A stretch of DNA of 41,954 nt, from positions 1-41,954 of IMG/VR virus record IMGVR_UViG_3300037483_001211. One strand, 5' to 3'. Both the position numbers and the translations under genes were made by a program. How positions within the stretch are numbered: position 1 is the first letter of the stretch; every line of letters starts with the position of its first letter. Below, piece by piece: positions 12,101 through 18,090 of this stretch. The notes beneath the pieces were generated by a model. That model saw only the letters and a list, made by a program, of their open reading frames with translations, did no database searches and was not told the DNA's origin. The DNA comes from a virus. Taxonomy: Duplodnaviria; Caudoviricetes.

Positions 12101-15100
12101 CTTCGCTGGCCTGCAACTGCAGCAGTCCCTTTTGACTGTACTCCGGCACCGCCAGAATCGGCTTGCCCTGCAACGTTGTCAGGTGCGGAGCTTTCCCGGG
12201 TTTGATCATCACGTCCATTAGAACCCTCCTGTGTTGCAACAGTATCCGCTCCCTCCGCCTCTGTCAAGGACTGGAAAGCCAGCTTGCTTTTTCCGATCCC
12301 CCCAGGAACCCCGACCCACAGCCGCTCCAGGTATCCGGCGTCATCGACGTTCTGCAGATACACCGACTCGGGCAGAGCCGCAACATCGAGAAGCGCAATC
12401 TCGACACCTTCGCCCCTGTGCCGGGCGATATCCAGGGCATCCTGCAACTGGGTCGTAAACCACAGAGCCCGCACCTCCGCCCCGTTCTGCGCCGTATGCG
12501 GATGATCCGGATTTGCCTCCAGCCGCTCGGGGTGGCGGTCCTTGTCCCCCGTGAAGAGGGCGCGATACAGCGTCCCGCCCTTGCCGATCGCCTTCAGCGC
12601 CTGCCCCTTGCCGGCCAAATAGAGGGTGCGCCTGGTGGTGCCGGGCGAAACCTGCTCGTCCTTCAAGGTCTGCACCGAAGGCAGCGAAGGGACCTCCGCT
12701 ACCGTCCCGTCGCCGGGCTCCGCTCCTGCCGCTTTTCCAGGGCGCTTTGCACCAGGTACAGCACCCGTTCCTGCTCCGGGGGGCTCAGCGCCTGAAAGCG
12801 CTGTTTCAGATCCTCCGGTATGCGCAGCCGGGGTTTGTCCCTCTTCGCTATCTTTTCCAGTTCTTCCCTTAGTTTCTCCGGCGGCACTTTGTCCAGCCCG
12901 AGACGTTTCAATCTGGCCTCCATCGACATTGCCATCCTCCTTTTGCAGGGCGGTACGGCCGTCGGCCGTTTCTACCACCCGATCGATATTGTCGTGCCCG
13001 TTGAATTCGGTGACGCCGAAATAGATGCCGACCCCGGGACGCCCGCCCTTGGGGTGCGGAATGGCGTCAAAACCGTTTTCCTTAACGTAAGTATCCACTC
13101 TTTCCTGGGCTCTTGCAAGGATATCGTGAAGTTGTTCCTCCGTCGTATCCGGGGCGAGGGTGCCGAACTCGTCCCCACCTTTGCGAAAAGTCTGTACTTC
13201 CGGGATTTCCTCCTCGACCGCTCCCCGGATGATGTCGGCAATAGCTCGCACATGGGGGTTCGCCTTGGCGTTTCCCCTCACATACTTGTTAAACCCGCCG
13301 AGGTTCCGGAGGTCGATGTCGGCATAAGCAAATCCGCGACCGCTTTCCTTGTGCGCTTCCCAGGCCCGCTCCAGGGTCGGGCGATGGTGGTCAACCTTCT
13401 GTAGGCCAGTCACCGGGTCCGGCTGGCGCACCAGCCTCCGGCGCTCCGCCATCAGGTCGGAGTGCAGCGGGTTGTCTTCATCGATGCCCCCGGCCTTGAG
13501 CCGGGCGGCCAAGGACGACTCGTGAATGTCGGCTTCGCTCTGGAACGGAACCGCTACCGGCTTTCCGCCGGGCGCCGCTCCTGCCGCTTCTCCATGACGA
13601 TTTGCAGCAGGGCCAGCACCATCCCCCGCTCCTCCGGTATGATCAGCCGTTTTTCGCTCATCGGTCATCTCCTCCAACAGGGTATTGATCGCGTCCTCGG
13701 GGGACATCATCAGCCATTCGCCCTGCTCCAGCGCGGCGAACAGCTCCGCCGCCAGCAGCGGCAATTCCTCACTCCGATCGTCCAGCGGCTCATGCGCCAC
13801 CAGGTCGGCGAACTCGGGATGGAACCGGCGCAGCGCCAGTTCGTTGCGCACCTCGGCCAGCCGCGTCGGGCGTCGCACCGTGCGGCCGTCGACCAGCACC
13901 GTGAATTTACCCTCGGCATCCTTGGCCTTCAGCCGCACGCCGATCTGCTTGCCATCCCGCACCAGCGCCGGGAAGGAAATCTTCGTTCCGCCGTCGTCCC
14001 GCCAGCCGGTTTCCGCCTTGACTCGCTCCAGGTTCTCCCGCCAGGCAGCCACAAGCTCATGCTGCTTTTCGGTGAGCGGGGCACCCTTCGCCGCCTTCCG
14101 CAGCGCCGCGACCGCCTCCCCCGCCTTGTAGTCGCCATCCAAGTACCAGCCGTGGGCCGCGCTGTTGGCGCTCACCGTCGCCCGCCGCTGCACCCCGTCG
14201 AACACCAGCTTCTCGGCGTTCCCGGCATTGGCGCGGATATCCTCGGCATCGGCCTGCGCCGCCTGCCGATCCATCGGCGACAGTTCCACCACCGTCTTAG
14301 CCGGTTTCTCCGGCCGGAAGGCCAGCGGCTTCGAAGTATCCCCGTTTTTCAGCCAGGCCTTAAACTGGTCGACGGCCATCTCCGTGATGGCCCCGCGACG
14401 CTGATCCCCCTTGAGATCGGAAAACCCGCCCCGATAGAGACTGGAGGCCTCGTACAGATCGGCCGCCCCGAAAATCGCCTTGTGCTCATCGAATTTGCCC
14501 GTGCGCAGATCCACCTGGTCCACTACGAAGACCTTGGTGCTCTCCGGGTCCGGCCCCACATAGACGTCCACATGGTCGCCGTCGGCCCCTTCGCTCTTGC
14601 GGATATAGCCGTAATGCGCCGGCAACCGCACCGACCAGGGCTTGCCGCCCGGATCGACGCCGGAGCGCTGCGAGCCGCGAGGATTCTCGATCGAGATATC
14701 CAGCCCGTGCAGCGAGATATGCCCCTTTTTGTAGTTGCCCGCCTCGATCTGCGCCGTCGTCGGCTCCGGCCGATCATTGGCCGGCGAAGTGGCCGCCTCG
14801 TGGGCCTGTGCGTCGATTTCGCTCGCTACAGCCGCTCCCCGCACTGCGGACACTTCCGCCTGCGGCCAGCCGACTTCTTGCTGCACTTCGGACAGATCGC
14901 CATCATAGGCTCCTTTCGGTATGGCATTCAACCGTGGCATCCCGGGAGCCATGCCGGGCCCTGCGGTCGACATCGGCACCACCTTCGCCACTGCCTTCGA
15001 CAATGCCCCGGCCGACTTCTGCGGCCCCATGCCTGTGTTGAAAAGACGCTGCCGGGAAGCGGCTACCTGATCATCCGTCATGCCAGGGACAATAAGGCCC

Positions 15101-16290
15101 CGGCTGATAATGGCGTTCTTCTGCTCCGGAGTGACGGCGGTTCCTTCCGGCGACACTTCGACCGCCGGGGCCGGGAGCAGCCGGGATTCGTCGGTGATCG
15201 GCTGCGGTCCCGTGGCATCTGCGGAGGGCTCGGCTACCGGTTCGGACACGGTTTCAGCCTTTCTGGCTGTGCCGGAATCTCCGGCCAGAACCGCCGCAGG
15301 GCCGCCCACCAGACCGCCAATGGCCGATTCGATGATGCCGTCAAAGTAGCCGGTCGCCTCGTCGTAACCGTGCTTGGCAATGGCGTTCTGCACCACTGAT
15401 TGAGCCGATTCCGTGCCGGATTCACCGACCATGCCGATCAACAGACGGCGACCGGCAGGCCCGGAGGCTTTCAGGATTGTATCCAGGCCGTATTTTTCCA
15501 GCAGGAAGGTTGCCGTACCGGCCTTCATTGCGAAGTTTAGAGCTTCCTTCGGGGTCTTACCCATTTTAATGGCGGCTTCGTAGATCCCCCCGGCTTCCGC
15601 ACCGGAAAGAATGACCGCCCCGGCTTCGGGGCCGGCGACAATCGAGACAGGGACCGCCACGGCCATGGAAACACCGCCCTGCACCAAGGCCGATACGCCG
15701 CGCTTAACGCTGGGATTCTCCAGGAAGGTGCCGCCATACTTCGGGGCATAATCCCTTGCTACCTCGTTCCAGTAGCCGCTGGTGTCGTCGAGAAGCATGG
15801 TGCCGAACTTATCGCTCGGGTCGCCTATATGCTTATCCAACCACCGGGTATACTTGGTGCTGCCGAGCTTGGCCATCTCTTCCTTGTGCTGCTCCGGAGT
15901 GATGATGCCTTCGGACAGCCGCCGGTCAAGCCAGGCCCGGCCCGGTGCCCCGAGCCGGTATTGCAAGTCCTCCGCACCTTCTCGGTCGGCTTCACGGACA
16001 CCCTTCGCCAGAGAGGCGATGCCGCCGACTATCCCGGTCAAACCAGATACGGCCGCCCCGCCCGTCGCCTGCAGCCAGTTGGCATCGCCTTCCTGCCCAT
16101 GGAAAACCTCGTCGCTGCCGGACACTCCGGATTCCGCGGCGTTGATATCCGTGGCCGCGATAGCCGCCTTGTCCCACCAGGAAGGCTCTGCCGGTTCGGC
16201 CGCCACGTCAAAAATATCCCCGCCGCCCTGGCGTTTCGCTTGGGCGGCGACAGGTTCTTCGGCATCGATCAAATCAAAAATGTCGGCCAT
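3124..16290 (-). CDS. Giant (4388 aa) polyvalent, probably virion-ejected protein, DarB-like
   Basis: N to C: inorganic-pyrophosphatase-like domain (GNYKKGH..IENP.GS.RSG..HYGYI..GADGDHVDV..FDEHK, ~14330-14810); GGDEF-like (~12945-13420); SF2 helicase (NGTGTGKT, DESH, SAT, QQEGRIYR, ~9400-11170); N6-adenine MTase-like (YFATP, LEPSAGHG, NPPF, ~8700-9230); metallopeptidase-like HEWHGH (8014-8031); ADP-ribosyltransferase-like (WHGS..GLYF..GIRY..NYVIFD, ~6750-7510); LPD3-like (~6310-6650); long helical C-terminus. Confidence 0.9.
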   Translation of the reverse strand: MADIFDLIDAEEPVAAQAKRQGGGDIFDVAAEPAEPSWWDKAAIAATDINAAESGVSGSDEVFHGQEGDANWLQATGGAAVSGLTGIVGGIASLAKGVREADREGAEDLQYRLGAPGRAWLDRRLSEGIITPEQHKEEMAKLGSTKYTRWLDKHIGDPSDKFGTMLLDDTSGYWNEVARDYAPKYGGTFLENPSVKRGVSALVQGGVSMAVAVPVSIVAGPEAGAVILSGAEAGGIYEAAIKMGKTPKEALNFAMKAGTATFLLEKYGLDTILKASGPAGRRLLIGMVGESGTESAQSVVQNAIAKHGYDEATGYFDGIIESAIGGLVGGPAAVLAGDSGTARKAETVSEPVAEPSADATGPQPITDESRLLPAPAVEVSPEGTAVTPEQKNAIISRGLIVPGMTDDQVAASRQRLFNTGMGPQKSAGALSKAVAKVVPMSTAGPGMAPGMPRLNAIPKGAYDGDLSEVQQEVGWPQAEVSAVRGAAVASEIDAQAHEAATSPANDRPEPTTAQIEAGNYKKGHISLHGLDISIENPRGSQRSGVDPGGKPWSVRLPAHYGYIRKSEGADGDHVDVYVGPDPESTKVFVVDQVDLRTGKFDEHKAIFGAADLYEASSLYRGGFSDLKGDQRRGAITEMAVDQFKAWLKNGDTSKPLAFRPEKPAKTVVELSPMDRQAAQADAEDIRANAGNAEKLVFDGVQRRATVSANSAAHGWYLDGDYKAGEAVAALRKAAKGAPLTEKQHELVAAWRENLERVKAETGWRDDGGTKISFPALVRDGKQIGVRLKAKDAEGKFTVLVDGRTVRRPTRLAEVRNELALRRFHPEFADLVAHEPLDDRSEELPLLAAELFAALEQGEWLMMSPEDAINTLLEEMTDERKTADHTGGAGDGAGPAANRHGEAAGAAPGGKPVAVPFQSEADIHESSLAARLKAGGIDEDNPLHSDLMAERRRLVRQPDPVTGLQKVDHHRPTLERAWEAHKESGRGFAYADIDLRNLGGFNKYVRGNAKANPHVRAIADIIRGAVEEEIPEVQTFRKGGDEFGTLAPDTTEEQLHDILARAQERVDTYVKENGFDAIPHPKGGRPGVGIYFGVTEFNGHDNIDRVVETADGRTALQKEDGNVDGGQIETSRAGQSAAGETKGRTGKDSEEGQTPAAHTGGSETALSGAEPPGAGTGAVPGAKRPGKAAGAEPGDGTVAEVPSLPSVQTLKDEQVSPGTTRRTLYLAGKGQALKAIGKGGTLYRALFTGDKDRHPERLEANPDHPHTAQNGAEVRALWFTTQLQDALDIARHRGEGVEIALLDVAALPESVYLQNVDDAGYLERLWVGVPGGIGKSKLAFQSLTEAEGADTVATQEGSNGRDDQTRESSAPDNVAGQADSGGAGVQSKGTAAVAGQRSVQGSSLGKPAGGPAEVQAEPGDASPSGLTAPQAGRSPSFGSTNQLVTTERAEQLRAKLRAKLSSELRSGIDPEILALGTELAVFYLEGGVRSFTKFSRRIVAEMGEAVKPYLKSWYMGARYFPGLNTEGMDTAATVEALDVDEVTEGAQAAKDSDTIQTEDTDVTDQRSGADLERNRADAEAADRVGEGDLSPEPGTDGGAGERGVPADEGEGHTPRGGVGVSGPEAVAAGERGDFSPYSEDEQSLAEDGPAGSDDGERGGDAGLDGLAPDHIPAETVGAAATGGVKLIPKRTAQKKAQSVKIIPTDKNNIDASLPFLHDGQRADVAFAEERFAKPQGYGVLFTNGTGTGKTYSGLGIAKRFERQGKENILIVVPDAKAVVDWRESGKNLELEIVELADTKDHGRGIVVATYANLGQNDALVRRDWDLVLADESHNLMQAKDGGETLALAALRAISNHPRGKADRHAMLYRPELDELKRLIEQRKANVKIMNLDDTMDQVHDSLRLENEKLDGKINALQRRIEETRKAVAAQVDAAQGEQRTRVAFLSATPFAYEKNVDYAEGYLFDYPEDGHIGNSRQGGFEKFMVEHFGHRIRYHKLTEPGPEVNRGLLQRQFNSWLKKEQVLAGRMLDVDQDYDRKFVLTENAIGAKIDEGLQVLWEDKRYRELWRLVQEKFDHLSRRYLLEAIKAREAVPLVKEHLALGRKVVVFHDYKKGGGFNPFDLSAYRNSGQEVATGDGEQATLGALVQGFEAERPDLAKLDLRGLASPIEVFGQHFPGVLIVNGDQSTKENLAAYKTFNDDGSGPQVLLVQSAKNAGWSGHDTTGKHQRVLFNLGMPTRPIMAIQQEGRIYRVGQRSNALFRYLNTGTNWERFAFATTIASRSSTAENLALGEEARALMDAFIQAFEESDAYPAGHEGEGIGGKERDRAANAALSEWDRATTLYFAQHKKTSRTKSLEGTDYFATPEPLGLKMVEWAGIRDGESALEPSAGHGAIARWFPEHIARTAIEPSSELASRLKMVTDAKLLQERFEDFHIVNKFDAIVMNPPFGTGGKTAIEHLDKATGHLREGGRVVALIPAGPAADKRFEKWFYEEDAKGRSVRPDLHLAAEVRLPQATFERAGTRVAARIVVIDKLSDPAEAPAQMSRDYSDAVTIKEFFERIEEAGIDRPKTKEREAAEAAAPVEEGGFRLTETTHAKKGIELFVATPTDFLEKDAFNELRQAVKRHGGYYSNYRAQGAVPGFQFESAEARAAFVAETEGGGDLVPKFSAQQESVGPVALADVEFNTVFNRITARMENTDGFVVVSTARALPARILAEVEKQGNQPEEIDGVFHRGKVYIVRQHITSVKMLEEILFHEWHGHAGLYAMFGNDGKRLQRAMLDLYASLPAGEMLRLAKKYRFNLTRYAKALREAGYDDTTRHAILMEELLTHLTREYSRGGIAAKVREIIGLVRDWLRKNGFATLAQMGETDIAFLLKRARAYAEAGAWAKDGPVVALNGQEILQRLREHGITEEMLTKLLSGMARFSAAWHGSPHDHDKFDMSKVGAGEGAPAYGHGLYFAGKREVAEHYRDVLSERKLNALKKLELIGLGGHGLSKDLAVELNNNGGDLIAAHATLLRFTKTFEQDGDTKRGAAVRLFADRVKSVIDMGRKTIKIDRGRLYHVELAPADDEYLDWDKPLSEQSEKVQSALRGQVERDTYLWDDYRTGAQERREMEGSGVYIDLAKKLGTYEDMNGNIQPDDKAASEFLHSLGIRGIRYLDGTSRGTGDGSSNYVIFDDADIEIMAKFSAGGVNPEIAAVVPLREAASFSEARQAAEAFRGRDLINAATGLVARVSRNSLDKMLNDKAVGKSETSRHHALAVANLDVLFQDAVSGWSKPDVRKDPNIRAIRRFFVPMDVEGKILLAKITVKETADVGTPNRVYSVESVEFNEKSPAATWVAAAAGADGIDLTSTRSARDIQNLAQLIEDFNVNSDDGIRYSIAQTARDKATAGRELVKNLTPNKAGLVFETLSDMLPERMKAAVGSVLSNPHYGSKKSKHRGAAYDLALERGANANEIKHEIMAQTKNYDGMEGLREHWRKASTAERAMVDKLLVEGDIAGVEYGVEDLNGANNPLGRQVPLRVQSAYFAFRQTISHATEVMFDRLGRLRLLPHEGTEYYQELVDLLDEGLSSDQVTRRFGINEKAVEAYQQIRAGRRKLDALTDPYRKLPWYSNLRDSLERGMTGVEMQSEFGKSPDLMQAFFEVKKQLAGVEIVTGEKFKRAQWYKTLLDLLRLGDEHPMLQKMELLNAYKGVQSYDSQLAKLKDEWRQVEGYLPRIRKDGEQHVKVWQVGEDGTFVEVWMQPAKTKFGAKQLRDKVEKNLAEYIPQSFDPNAHYEVVVEPNTATPEEIFLGIGSHRAIEALLSKVFDKAAAAGVLENQMAVQNQVLRILADEISARGFGRHKLARAQHLIEGYETQNTPAILAQFVGGMAGWLSKSEFAMRANKLMSEIPDSRPHDKSWVKEYVDDALKNSTYIDQWFGTARSFAALMYLGFKTSSAVLNATQNYIWGQAKLSSYTKGATRKLLKAQVDVLRDHLLTKAGKAGLLTEEERWALEQGLRRGRSQANFVRAMSGMDDTGGVMGNFQGGVRWLTEKAMKPFQAVETYWNREPALLAAFRVFRGQGLEKEAALKQAEKFVDDVHFVVGKENIPAVLRKLGPLGRTLYTFQSYTHNYLLGMLSSLGNGEFQVVARSLTALVLFGGLAALPFGDDLDKWYRRLFGERPLRMLDKWLRETAGEYTDFGDQIADFVLHGAPALAGVNFSRAIGVNIPWFSPEDESLAERVTGVWGGLAQKVVYAADAAGKADFWRAAEYLSPEALANILRAYRHYADGATTLSGRPVFGDDGKQVRYTAKEGVIRAFGFMPLEPSKQSQNRWDALRARDYWNERKADVLARFRIAKDRKQAGQMVREFNRELRGAPGGVLVPPITLQTLQQALRTRPDRRELMYRR
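11235..11612 (-). CDS. Nested +1-frame ORF D (125 aa, MSLTSVAAPIWNEIARTQKL...)
   Basis: GGAGG 6 nt before ATG; extended -10 TGaTACAAT at 11638-11630; globular Leu/Ala/Glu-rich composition while the main frame is a low-complexity linker. Confidence 0.65.
   Translation of the reverse strand: MSLTSVAAPIWNEIARTQKLRTAWAKATFPLNPEQMAEQVSEEYLQMKAKGIPHEVASAFLDLKPLLLENEAISRHILKTNSLSLRTALPEVTTVSEAVMLASMDSPLTISQQKQLAQLLQAASN
12015..12218 (-). CDS. Nested +1-frame ORF C (67 aa, MDVMIKPGKAPHL...)
   Basis: AGGAGG 6 nt before ATG; consensus-like promoter immediately upstream. Confidence 0.55.
   Translation of the reverse strand: MDVMIKPGKAPHLTTLQGKPILAVPEYSQKGLLQLQASEVFKDLLSESRQEVLRKYKRNLATLPLLD
12239..12267 (-). 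promoter_or_regulatory. Internal sigma70-like promoter inside the giant gene
   Basis: TTGACA (12267-12262), 17 nt, TACTGT (12244-12239), ending 8 nt before the SD of nested ORF C. Confidence 0.55.
12699..12929 (-). CDS. Nested +1-frame ORF B (76 aa, MSMEARLKRLGLDKVPPEKL...)
   Basis: AAAAGGAGG 6 nt before ATG; K/E/L/R-rich amphipathic helices; starts exactly where the GGDEF domain ends. Confidence 0.6.
   Translation of the reverse strand: MSMEARLKRLGLDKVPPEKLREELEKIAKRDKPRLRIPEDLKQRFQALSPPEQERVLYLVQSALEKRQERSPATGR
13554..13661 (-). CDS. Nested +1-frame ORF A (35 aa, MSEKRLIIPEERGMVLALLQIVMEKRQERRPAESR)
   Basis: Translated by hand (below the track cutoff); GGAGGAG 7 nt before ATG; similar to the C-terminal half of ORF B. 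Confidence 0.5.
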   Translation of the reverse strand: MSEKRLIIPEERGMVLALLQIVMEKRQERRPAESR

Positions 16291-16308
16291 GGTACAGGAG
16301 TCCTTATA

Positions 16309-17823
16309 TTAAAAAGAATATCCGGCTTTTTTCGCCAATTCGCGGGCCTTGGCCTTGTCGCCTCCAGCCTGCTGCAGGAACTTTCGGGCCAGGGCTACAT
16401 GATCGGGGTTCTCCTTGGTAAGCACTCGCTGATCCCGCCCCGGAGAAGCCATCCCGCCTTTTGGGGGAGAATCCTCCTCCTGCCCGGACAGCTTCCGCAC
16501 CCAGTAATTCGTCCGTTCGGCGATAAACCCTTCCCGGCTGCCGCCGGACGCCTCGAAGTCGGCACTGTCCGAAGAGACCCACCCCGCCTTGTTCCGCGCC
16601 TCCTTGCGGGCGATCTCCTCCGCCTGCGCCAAAATCTCCGGGTCCGGCACGGCGAAGGCATCCGCCGGCCCCAAGGCCTGCTGCGCCGCCCGGATCGGCG
16701 ACAGACCCTCGTCCACCATCAGCCGCTCCCCCTCACGCAACGCCTGCAGGTAACGCTGCTGCGCCGCCTTCGGCAGCTTGTTGACAAAGCGGTCCACATC
16801 CACCCGCTGATTGCCCATCGCATCCACCCCGAAATCCCCGTCATCGATCCCGTAATCGGCCACCAGCGAACGTAACAGCGTCTGGTTGAACTCGTCGTAC
16901 AGGTGCGACTTCACGCCCTTGCCGCCACCGCCGCTGCCGTCCTTGTCCGGCTTGACGTAACCGGTCTTTTCCGTCTCGCCGCTGAACTTGTTCATCCGCA
17001 ACTCGCCGTCGGCGCCGAACACCCATTCCTGCTTCGGCTCCTGCAGCTTGCCCCGCGACTTCAGGTAAGTCTCGGCCCCCTGCAGGGTCTGCAGCTGCCC
17101 CACCAGGTAGGGCGCCACCTCCTCCATGCGGTAGACCTTCACCTCATCGTCACCATCCTCCGCCGTGCCGCCGTTCACCGTCGCCGGGGCGCGGTATTTC
17201 GAGCCGTCCCCCTTGGTAATCTCCAGCTCCGCCATGAACCCGTCCCCTTGCGGCGAAGGCACCAGCCGGGCAAAGCGCACCTGCTTCGCGCCGTATTTCT
17301 GCCCCCGAGCGTCCAGTTCGTCGGCGAAGGCCAGGTTGGCATCCTTCAACAGCTCGCCATGCTCGAACCGGCCGGTATAGAGCTGCTTCAGAACGCCCTG
17401 CGTGGCCGACTTGCGCTCGGCCACCGACTTCGAATCGTACAAGGCGGCCAGCTTGCGCCGCAGCCCGTGCTTGACCGGCTCCAACCGGGACATCAACTCC
17501 CCGACCTCCTCCGGCCCCCACTCCTGCTTGCCCGCCGTCCGCATCTGTCCGGTGAACTCCAACAGGACCTGGTCGGACTGCTCGCGGGCACTTTTGATAT
17601 CCGCTTCGCTCCACTCCTCCACCTGCCGGGCGCGCTGGGTCCGGATCCAGGCGTCGTTCTCATCCGTCCGCGCCTCCTGCTTCTCCAGCATCCCTCGCTG
17701 AAAGGTCCGGTCCTCGGCCCGCTCCTCGTCCAACCGATTCAGCCGGTCGGCCTGCTGCTGCTGAAACTCCATCCCCTTCAGGGCACCGTAGGTGCTGATC
17801 GCCCGGGCAATCGGGTCCGCCAT
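16309..17823 (-). CDS. Putative internal virion / ejection protein
   Basis: 504 aa, charged helical N-terminus, AGGAGG SD, located just before the giant gene. Confidence 0.65.
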   Translation of the reverse strand: MADPIARAISTYGALKGMEFQQQQADRLNRLDEERAEDRTFQRGMLEKQEARTDENDAWIRTQRARQVEEWSEADIKSAREQSDQVLLEFTGQMRTAGKQEWGPEEVGELMSRLEPVKHGLRRKLAALYDSKSVAERKSATQGVLKQLYTGRFEHGELLKDANLAFADELDARGQKYGAKQVRFARLVPSPQGDGFMAELEITKGDGSKYRAPATVNGGTAEDGDDEVKVYRMEEVAPYLVGQLQTLQGAETYLKSRGKLQEPKQEWVFGADGELRMNKFSGETEKTGYVKPDKDGSGGGGKGVKSHLYDEFNQTLLRSLVADYGIDDGDFGVDAMGNQRVDVDRFVNKLPKAAQQRYLQALREGERLMVDEGLSPIRAAQQALGPADAFAVPDPEILAQAEEIARKEARNKAGWVSSDSADFEASGGSREGFIAERTNYWVRKLSGQEEDSPPKGGMASPGRDQRVLTKENPDHVALARKFLQQAGGDKAKARELAKKAGYSF

Positions 17824-17832
17824 GTTCCCCTC

Positions 17833-18090
17833 CTAGAAAAGATCTGCGCCGAAATACCCGGCCACACCGCCGATGACCGCCCCGGCGGCCGCGCCATAGA
17901 CGCCGCCGAACGCGCCGCCGATCTGCGCTCCGGCCGCCATGCCGCTGCCGGCCATGCTCATCTGGGTCTGCTTCTTCTGCGCCTTGAGCTGGTCATTGGC
18001 CATCTCCCGCTCCAGGCCCAGCCGGGCCGCTTTCTGCATTCCCTGCAGGGCCTGGCCCTTGACCGATTCGCCGGTTCCCAGAATGCTCAT
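17833..18090 (-). CDS. Small Gly/Ala-rich putative ejection protein
   Basis: Glycine-zipper C-terminus GAQIGGAFGGVYGAAAGAVIGG. Confidence 0.65.
   Translation of the reverse strand: MSILGTGESVKGQALQGMQKAARLGLEREMANDQLKAQKKQTQMSMAGSGMAAGAQIGGAFGGVYGAAAGAVIGGVAGYFGADLF

Noticed and set aside
3016-15399. Very long plus-strand ORFs (3016-6213, 9094-12135, 13462-15399 and others)
   Set aside because: Antisense shadows of the GC-rich giant gene; no motifs or SD, and H/L/R/V-rich composition typical of mirror frames
13710-15749. Other +1-frame ORFs within the giant gene (for example 14523-14777, 13929-14138, 15234-15425)
   Set aside because: R/P/S/W-rich shadow composition, no convincing SD, and mostly overlapping folded-looking regions, unlike the four nested ORFs retained
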